Source: Dehalococcoidia bacterium
Lineage (GTDB): Bacteria; Chloroflexota; Dehalococcoidia; Lucifugimonadales; UBA3495
Assembly (NCBI GenBank): GCA_030740155.1
Contig: JASLXV010000038.1
Span: 64,001-128,000, forward strand
Length of the DNA stretch: 64,000 nucleotides
Reading direction: 5' to 3'
The notes below the pieces were generated by a model. The model was not told the DNA's origin, made no database searches, and saw nothing but the letters and a program-made list of their open reading frames with translations. Shown in pieces: positions 57,139-64,000 of this stretch (position 1 is the stretch's first letter; each line of letters begins with the position of its first letter). The position numbers and the translations under genes are program-made.

Positions 57139-58518
57139 TTGCTGTACGAGGCGGAGAGTAACGATATTCAGATAGCCATCTCTGGGGACTCGATCATCAG
57201 CCGGAGCATGTCGGTGTTCAAGGAAAAGCGCTTCTTGAACTTGGTGGAGTTACTCAACGGCGCCGATGTCGCGATCACCAACGCTGAGATGCTATTTCAC
57301 AACTATGAAGATCCCCCTACCGGCAGACCGGGGGGGACGTACATGCGCGCCGATCCCAAGATTATCAAGGAGCTGCAGTGGCTCGGCATCAAGATGGTGT
57401 CCTGTTCCAACAATCATGCCTACGACTTTGGCGAGAACGGCATCCTCACCAATATCCGCAACCTGGATGAGTATGGCATGCCCCACGCGGGTACGGGCCG
57501 CAACCTGTCGGAAGCCCGCTCGCCGGCCTATCTGGACACGCCAAAGGGTCGAATCGCCCTCATCTCAGTCACCTCCTCCGGGCCCCAGGCGATGCGGGCG
57601 GGAGAGCAGTGGCGCGATGGGGCCGGGCGCCCCGGAGCCAACGTCCTCCGCTATATGACCCAGTACACCGTGGACAAGCCTGTTTTCGACGGGCTACGCC
57701 GCCTCAGCGAGGGGTTGGGCTTCGAGAGGTTCAAAGCCCATCGCAGGGCCAACCCCTGGCAGGGCAATTTTGCTGAAGACGACGACAACCAGCTTTTCTT
57801 GCCGAGCCTGAATAATGAGTGGCAGTACCCGGAACCCAACGGTACTCTATTCACCCTGGGGGAGAATTTCGAAACGCAACATATCCTTGATCGTGAAGAC
57901 GTTGAAGGGAACCTCCAGCGTATCCGTGACGCCCGGCGCCAGGCGGACTGGGTCATCGTCAGCATGCACACCCACGAGCAAGGCAACACCTCGGATGATC
58001 CCGCGGACCTGGTCGTCGCCTTCGCCCATGCCGCGATCGACGCCGGCGCCGACGTCTTTTCGGGCCACGGCCCCCACGTGGACCGGGGCATCGAAATCTA
58101 CAACGGAAAGCCGATCTTCTACGCCCTGGGTCACCTTACGCTCCAGAACGACACGGTCGCCCAGATGCCATGGGATAACATGACCCGGGTTGGGTTGGGA
58201 TGGGAGGCAACCCCCGCCGACTTCTTCGATTTCAGGTCGGGCAGGGAGCACCTGGACGAGTGGGCAGGGTTCGCCGTCGAGCCCTTCCGGTGGCGCAACG
58301 CCGTGGCCACCATCACCTTCAAAGCCAAACAGCTCTTGGAGATACGGCTCTACCCGATAGATCTGGGATTCAAACGGCCGCGCTCCCAACGGGGACGGCC
58401 CGCCCTGGCCGATGGCAAAGTGGCCGAGGAGGTCCTGAGCCTCTTCCAGCGGCTCTCCGCGCCCTATGGGACCAGGGTGGATGTGGAAGATGGGGTGGGG
58501 GTGATCAAGGTCGGCTAA
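57139..58518 (+). CDS. CapA/PGA_cap family metallophosphoesterase-fold protein (no signal peptide)
   Basis: GD, N.E, NNHAYDFG, H.HE, IDAGAD...GHGPH, GIEIY.GKPIFY.LG. Confidence 0.88.
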   Translation: MLYEAESNDIQIAISGDSIISRSMSVFKEKRFLNLVELLNGADVAITNAEMLFHNYEDPPTGRPGGTYMRADPKIIKELQWLGIKMVSCSNNHAYDFGENGILTNIRNLDEYGMPHAGTGRNLSEARSPAYLDTPKGRIALISVTSSGPQAMRAGEQWRDGAGRPGANVLRYMTQYTVDKPVFDGLRRLSEGLGFERFKAHRRANPWQGNFAEDDDNQLFLPSLNNEWQYPEPNGTLFTLGENFETQHILDREDVEGNLQRIRDARRQADWVIVSMHTHEQGNTSDDPADLVVAFAHAAIDAGADVFSGHGPHVDRGIEIYNGKPIFYALGHLTLQNDTVAQMPWDNMTRVGLGWEATPADFFDFRSGREHLDEWAGFAVEPFRWRNAVATITFKAKQLLEIRLYPIDLGFKRPRSQRGRPALADGKVAEEVLSLFQRLSAPYGTRVDVEDGVGVIKVG

Positions 58519-58684
58519 TCTGCTGACTCGTAAATGGTTTGATATCCCGCCCGTCATCCCGGCGAAGGCCGGGATCCAGCTAACGCTTCTCTGGATTCCG
58601 GCCCCGATGCAATCGGGGACGATCGCTGGTGGGTATGCCGCATGACTTTGCCGGTGTAGAGCTATTTAATGGACAGTGCAGTAG
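58515..58684. mobile_element. MITE family A copy
   Basis: Colinear with 27694-27859 over about 170 bp. Confidence 0.78.
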
Positions 58685-58805
58685 AGGACGGGTGCAGACC
58701 GCCGGCGACGGCGACAATCGGACCGCGATATTGAGCCAGGGCCAACCCGGCGGGTTTGACTCCTGGCCGACTATCGCGGTCCCGTTTTATTCGGGAGGCC
58801 CTCCG

Positions 58806-60179
58806 CTACGGCCGGAGGGCGGTGGCCAACTCGTGCAAATCCTCGAGACCCTCGAGGGCCCGGACTCGTACGATGACGTCGGCAGCCCGCTCCTTCCCCA
58901 GTGCCGGGTGAGCCAGGGTGGCGAACTTCGCCTCGATCTCGTCTCGGGTCAGGGGATTCTCCGGCTCTCCCTTAGCTAGGGGGACATCCTTACTGAGCTT
59001 CCGGCCGTTCCCGGTGGTGATGGTCACCCGGCAACCCATCCCCTTCATCTCCTGAGAGGGGTGGCAGGTGGTCAGCTCCATAAGGTTCTTCACCATGGGG
59101 TCCTGAAGCTTGTCGTAGCTCTGCCAAGTGTACTCCCCGTCTACCGCAGCCACTGCGGTGGCGAAATAGACGCTGAACTGCCCGGCTACCTCGCTGGTGG
59201 GATTCCGTTTCGACTCCTCCGGTTGCCCCACCAGATCGCAGCCCAGGGGGCTGCAGTACACGTCCATGGCGGCGATGTCCTGGGGAGAAAGCCGGTTCTC
59301 CCGGCTCAGATCCAGCACGGCATCGATGGGCCCATGGTTGTAACGGCAGCACGGATAGGGCTTGATGGCCGTGTACATCACCTCGAAGTCGGTACCCAGA
59401 CCGGTGATCTTGTCGGGGTCCCACCCATCGGCGGAGTAGTTATAGAAGTAGCCGAAGCGCCCCTCCAGGGGATGGGAAGCGCCTTTGAAGCCATGCCGGG
59501 CCATGACCAGCGCGTAGATGGCGTTGTGGGCGGCCAGACCCACGTGGAGCCGCTTATTCCAGGCCCCATTCTCCAGGAACTGCTGGGAGCCGGCCGCTTG
59601 GCTGCCGTTCAAGCCCACGGCGTTGAGGACCTGCTCCCGGCTCAAGCCTAGTAGCCGGGCGCCCGCCATGGTGGCCGCAAAGATTCCCGTGGTCGCCGTG
59701 GGGTGGAATCCTCGCTTGTGGACACCCTCCCCGATGGCCCGGTTGATCTTGTTGGCCACGTCGTAGGCCGCAACCGCCGCTGTCAGGAACTCCCTCCCGG
59801 ATAACCCGCGCTCCTCGGCCAGGGCCATTAGGGTGGAGAAGATTGGCGCCCCGGGGTGCATGATGGCTGCCCGGTGGGTATCGTCGAAGTCCATGCTGTG
59901 GGCGAAGGCGGCATTCAGCAGCGCGGCGAAGTGAGCGGGGTACCGATCCACCTCCCCCACGACGGTGCAGGAGCCCCGCTGCCCGTTCAGTAGGTCTCCC
60001 ACACCCTGTACTATGGGGCCGCTGGAATCGGCAAAGGCCCGCCCGCCCAGGGCAACCCCCAGAAAATCCAGGAAGAACTGCTTGGTCCGGTCCACCACCT
60101 CCGGAGGAATGCTCTCGTAGGTGAGGCCCAGAGTATAGTCAACCAGTTGCTCGGTCAAACCATCATTCTCAACGACCAC
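58806..60179 (-). CDS. MmgE/PrpD family protein, paralog of 55652-57031
   Basis: HSMDFDDTH, RGFHPT, KPYPCC, KGEPENP. Confidence 0.93.
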   Translation of the reverse strand: MVVENDGLTEQLVDYTLGLTYESIPPEVVDRTKQFFLDFLGVALGGRAFADSSGPIVQGVGDLLNGQRGSCTVVGEVDRYPAHFAALLNAAFAHSMDFDDTHRAAIMHPGAPIFSTLMALAEERGLSGREFLTAAVAAYDVANKINRAIGEGVHKRGFHPTATTGIFAATMAGARLLGLSREQVLNAVGLNGSQAAGSQQFLENGAWNKRLHVGLAAHNAIYALVMARHGFKGASHPLEGRFGYFYNYSADGWDPDKITGLGTDFEVMYTAIKPYPCCRYNHGPIDAVLDLSRENRLSPQDIAAMDVYCSPLGCDLVGQPEESKRNPTSEVAGQFSVYFATAVAAVDGEYTWQSYDKLQDPMVKNLMELTTCHPSQEMKGMGCRVTITTGNGRKLSKDVPLAKGEPENPLTRDEIEAKFATLAHPALGKERAADVIVRVRALEGLEDLHELATALRP

Positions 60180-60739
60180 TACATGCCTCCATCACAGGTT
60201 CTGCCCGGTATCTCATCGGGCCTCAGCTTACCCCGCCGTCGCTCGGCCGCGCGCTGGAACTTGTCATTCAAGTAAGAACCGGGTTGACTGATTACTAGCC
60301 GCCGGCGTCGTGACGTCGCGATCTCCGCACGTCCCGCACCCCTAAAGCGGACCAAGCGGGTTGTCGGGCTTGGATCGCGAAGACGGCTCTTTTGGCGAAG
60401 AGCGGGCGAAGGCCGGGCTCGCCAGAAGGTGTTTCTGACAGGCCGGATTATGCGCTTTCCGTGGCTGGGGCGCAAGGAGCTGCCGTCGGGAGCGGGCTTC
60501 GACATTAGTCTGATGGCAACCGCAAAAGCGAGATCGGGGGAAAAAGCCGGATTTCTCCGAACGGCTGGGTCCCACCCATGGTGATTGGGCTGCCAAGCTG
60601 GCCAGGGCGGCCTGGAAGCAATCGAATAACCGAAAGCCCATTCGATGCCGCGGAACAGAGATACGGTCTCACCCACGGCCCCCGTTCATGGAGTAGAATA
60701 GTTTCCCTGAATCAAACTTTAACCGCCAGGTGACTGCAA

Positions 60740-62116
60740 ATGGATAACAACAAGCCGACAAGCCGGGCCGCAAGCTCTCACGGGACCACGGAGTTGTCCC
60801 CAGCAATTCTGGAGGAGTTTCGCCAGGAATTCGCGGCCGATGCCTCCAGAAAGCTGCTGCAGAACGTTGTAGCCCAGCACGATGTCAATGACGTGGCGTT
60901 AAACCGGTCCGTGGTAGCCGAATCGCCCCACTCTTTCTCGATCATGCTGGACGATTGGTCGGTAACCAACCAGGCCAGGTCGGGCCGTTGCTGGATGTTC
61001 GCCGGACTGAACGTGTGCCGTTCCGATACCAGGACATTGCTGAAGGTCAAGGACTTTGAATTCAGCCAAAACTATCTGATGTTCTGGGACAAGTTGGAGC
61101 GGGCCAATTTCGTCCTGGAGGCAATCATCGAGACGGCCGACAAACCCCTGGATGACCGCACGGTCTCCTGGCTCTTGCAGGCCCCGATCTCCGACGGGGG
61201 ACAATGGGACATGTTCACCGCCCTGGTGACCAAGCATGGGGTGGTTCCCAAAACCGCCATGCCGGAGACCGAGAGTTCCGGGAACTCGGCGCGCCTGAAC
61301 TCGAGCCTGAACTACCAGATGCGTCAAGGGGCAAAGAGTATCCGGGAAGCTTATGCGGGGGAAGCCGGTATCGACGAGCTACGCCGAATCAAGACCGGCG
61401 TGCTTAAAGTCGTTCACGACATCTTGTGCATCCACCTGGGCACCCCGCCCACGATTATTGACTGGCAATGGAAAGACAAAGACGGCGAATTCACCCGGGT
61501 GGGGAAACTAACGCCACTGGAGTTTGCCGAGAAGTTCTTGCCGACGCCCATCGGAGACTACGTTAGCCTGGTCCACGATCCCAGGGAGTCGAGCCCGGTG
61601 GGGGCCACCTTCACCGTAGCCTATCTGGGGAACGTGGTCGATGCCCCGCCCGTGAAATATCTGAATGTCGACATCCAGCTCATGAAAGACATCGCCCAAC
61701 GCATGTTGCAAGACGGTAAACCCGTGTGGATGGGCTGCGACACCGGGAAGCAGATGCACCGCGACCTGGGCCTGTGGGACTCGGAGTTGTTCGACTACGC
61801 CGGTGTGTACGGCGCCGATTTCTCATTGGAGAAAGCGGCACGGTTGGAGTATCACCAGACCAGCATGACCCACGCCATGATGTTCACCGGCGTGGACGTG
61901 GTGGACGGGGTCCCCCGGCGCTGGCGGGTGGAGAACAGCTGGGACGACAAGGTGGGTAACAAGGGCTTCTTCCTCATGAACGACTCCTGGTTTGCCGAGT
62001 ACATGTTTGAAATCGCCGTACCCAAGGAATACCTTCCCCCCGAGTTGCAGGCTGCCATGGAGCTTGATCCCATAGTCTTGCCCGCCTGGGACCCCATGGG
62101 GTCATTGGCCCGATAA
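60740..62116 (+). CDS. pepC: Aminopeptidase C / bleomycin hydrolase (C1B)
   Basis: QARSGRCWMFA, DGGQWDM, MTHAM, VENSW, C-terminal WDPMGSLA. Confidence 0.95.
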   Translation: MDNNKPTSRAASSHGTTELSPAILEEFRQEFAADASRKLLQNVVAQHDVNDVALNRSVVAESPHSFSIMLDDWSVTNQARSGRCWMFAGLNVCRSDTRTLLKVKDFEFSQNYLMFWDKLERANFVLEAIIETADKPLDDRTVSWLLQAPISDGGQWDMFTALVTKHGVVPKTAMPETESSGNSARLNSSLNYQMRQGAKSIREAYAGEAGIDELRRIKTGVLKVVHDILCIHLGTPPTIIDWQWKDKDGEFTRVGKLTPLEFAEKFLPTPIGDYVSLVHDPRESSPVGATFTVAYLGNVVDAPPVKYLNVDIQLMKDIAQRMLQDGKPVWMGCDTGKQMHRDLGLWDSELFDYAGVYGADFSLEKAARLEYHQTSMTHAMMFTGVDVVDGVPRRWRVENSWDDKVGNKGFFLMNDSWFAEYMFEIAVPKEYLPPELQAAMELDPIVLPAWDPMGSLAR

Positions 62117-62180
62117 GGTTCACTGTCCCGGGCTATCTACCGAGAGCCTATCCAACATCTCCCAAGAAGGCCACTGCGCT

Positions 62181-62362
62181 CCTTCGACAAGCTCAGGACG
62201 AACGGATTTAGGCTTAGAATGAACGGATGTAGGCTCAGAATGAACGGATTTAGACTCAGGACGAACGGATATGAGTTTGGTATGAAGGGATATGAGTTTG
62301 GCATGAAGGCATGAACTCGGGATGAAGGGATTTTCCCCCGTTCGTGGTGAGCTTGTCGAACC
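62181..62362. repeat. Palindromic repeat enclosing about 7 degenerate 21-bp tandem units
   Basis: CCTTCGACAAGCTCAGGACGAACGG...CCGTTCGTGGTGAGCTTGTCGAACC; unit GCTCAGRAYGAACGGATWTAG. Confidence 0.85.
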
Positions 62363-62417
62363 ACAGCGCCTGGTTACTGGATAGGCTCCAGAACCGAACA
62401 ACCATTTCGGAGAGTCC

Positions 62418-63395
62418 ATGCGCGTCGACGTCCATAGCCACCTGATTTTTCTTGACTACCTGAAATACCTGGCGGGGCGCAGTTCGCTGCCCCAGGCCGT
62501 CCTCGAAGGCGGAACGTATTTCGTGAGTTGCGCCGGCGGGTACCGGCATCCCTCGGCGGTGGCCACCATCGACGAGGATGCCAAGCTCCGGGCCATGGAG
62601 GACCTGGGCATCGGGACGTCGGTCCTCAGCCATGGGGTACCCGGCCCCGAACTCTTGGGCGGGGATGAGGCCGACGACTGGGCCTCCCGCATCAACGACT
62701 ATCTGGCCGAGGTCGTCGCCCGGCATCCCGGCAAGTTCGCCGCTTGGGCCAGCCTGGGATGGGGCAGTGCCCAACGCACCATTGCCGAGATCGACCGGTG
62801 CGTGAACCAACTGGGGTTCAAGGGAGCATATCTGTTTTCCAACATCAAGCAGAAGACGCTGGACAGCCCGGAGTTCTGGCCGGTCTACAAACACGTGGCG
62901 GAAATGGGGGTGCCCATGAACATGCACCCGACGGCCCCCTTGAACATGAACGGCATCGACCAACGGCCCCTGGGGCCGGGTATGGCCTTCATGTTCGATA
63001 CCTCGCTGGCCACGGTGCGAATGATGATGAGCGGTCTGTTCCAGGAAGTGCCGGACCTGAAGCTGATTGTGCCCCACACGGGCGGGTTCGTGCCCTACAT
63101 CAGTGGCCGCGTGGGGCGGATGATCGACGCCTGGACACCGCCGGATCAGTGGGAGAAGCTTTCCCAACCGGTCCGCAACTACTTCGACAAGATTTACGTG
63201 GACACGGTGGCCCACAGCCCCGAGGCATTGGACTACTGCTACAGAAGCTATGGAGCGGTAAAGCTGCTGTACGGAACCGATCACCCATTCGCCCATTACG
63301 ATGAATTCAACGTAATGATAGACGGCTTGGCTTGCACCGAAGCCGAGCGGGAGTTGATCAACGGGGGAAACGCCCGGCGGCTGCTGGGGTTATGA
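62418..63395 (+). CDS. Amidohydrolase_2 family protein (ACMSD-like decarboxylase/hydrolase)
   Basis: DVHSH, ND, MHP, PHTGG, YVD, LYGTDHPF, NARRLL. Confidence 0.88.
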   Translation: MRVDVHSHLIFLDYLKYLAGRSSLPQAVLEGGTYFVSCAGGYRHPSAVATIDEDAKLRAMEDLGIGTSVLSHGVPGPELLGGDEADDWASRINDYLAEVVARHPGKFAAWASLGWGSAQRTIAEIDRCVNQLGFKGAYLFSNIKQKTLDSPEFWPVYKHVAEMGVPMNMHPTAPLNMNGIDQRPLGPGMAFMFDTSLATVRMMMSGLFQEVPDLKLIVPHTGGFVPYISGRVGRMIDAWTPPDQWEKLSQPVRNYFDKIYVDTVAHSPEALDYCYRSYGAVKLLYGTDHPFAHYDEFNVMIDGLACTEAERELINGGNARRLLGL

Positions 63396-63480
63396 GGGAA
63401 ATGCCGGTCTCCATCGGAAATGACGTTTCAACCGGCATGGATGCTACTTGCTTCCAGCCCCGTTCCTGGGAGCCTCGTAG

Positions 63481-63651
63481 CTAGTGTATTGCCTCGTAAG
63501 TAGCTTCACATCGGCGAATTTGTGCGGCATTCCCTCCCCACAATCGTCCCCGATTGCATCGGGGCCGGAATCCAGGGAAGCGCTAACTGGATCCCGGCCT
63601 TCGCCGGGATGACGAACTGGGTATCAAGCTATTTACGAGGCACCAGACCAA
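63481..63651. mobile_element. MITE family A copy, inverted
   Basis: Reverse complement matches 58515-58684, including the CCCCGATTGCATCGGGG sub-hairpin. Confidence 0.78.
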
Positions 63652-63959
63652 GGCCGGTTCAAGGCAGGCCGGACCGCAGGGGCTTTTCCCCGCCACCGTC
63701 GCCGGTTGGAGGTCGTAGGGTTATCGAGGTATACTGCCAGGGGTTTGCCGCGGGTTCGCGCGCCCGCTCCTCGAGGCCACCGTCCACCACGGAACCTCCC
63801 ATGAGGGAGCTTCCCATGGTCCGTGCGCCGGCCCACGCGGTCCGGAGGTGAGCCCAACCCGAGCCCACCGTGACCGCTGCCGGCGGCAAGGACCGGTCGC
63901 GGCGTCAACCGGGCCAGAGCGATTCGCATTCGAGACTATCAAAAGCAAGAGGGGGAACT

Positions 63960-64000
63960 ATGGCATCCAACGTTCTTTTCGAGAGCAGCGTAAACTACGA
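63960..64000 (+). CDS. Start of an unidentified CDS (runs off the window)
   Basis: SD GAGGGGG then ATG, giving MASNVLFESSVNY. Confidence 0.45.
   Translation, partial: MASNVLFESSVNY

Noticed and set aside
60179..60676. 165-aa ORF upstream of the second prpD-like gene
   Set aside because: Low-complexity Arg/Pro-rich translation with no motif; more likely divergent promoter DNA.
62191..62335. Possible CRISPR array
   Set aside because: The units are contiguous and degenerate with no unique spacers, and there are no cas genes.

Overview
GC-rich bacterial window, most consistent with Chloroflexota/Dehalococcoidia (SAR202-like). This is an inference from a str-S10 cluster lacking tuf, a plant-like long HisG, and many SDR, CoA-transferase and PrpD paralogs. 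From left to right: the str/S10 ribosomal operon (minus strand, rpsL to rplP); a divergent cobalamin-riboswitch-controlled cobalt/corrin cluster (cbiE-like, cobN, cbtB, cbtA, ChlI/ChlD-type ATPase); glyS followed by a MazF/PemK toxin-antitoxin islet; birA; three tandem SDRs; and a partial his operon (hisZ, hisG, hisD, hisC, and hisB with an N-terminal Cys4/HTH-like extension). Next come catabolic genes, a cysteinyl-tRNA-synthetase/GT2-glycosyltransferase fusion, meaB, hpf, nfeD/SPFH, and a FadR-regulated oxalate-oxidoreductase-like operon. The right end carries a truncated REP-associated transposase, nudC, two MmgE/PrpD genes flanking a CapA-family gene, pepC and an amidohydrolase. Intergenic DNA is crowded with several families of palindromic repeats and MITEs. 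The best candidate for an undescribed system is the CysRS-GT2 fusion. No tRNA, rRNA or CRISPR array was recognised. All calls are from motif recognition by eye; no searches were run.
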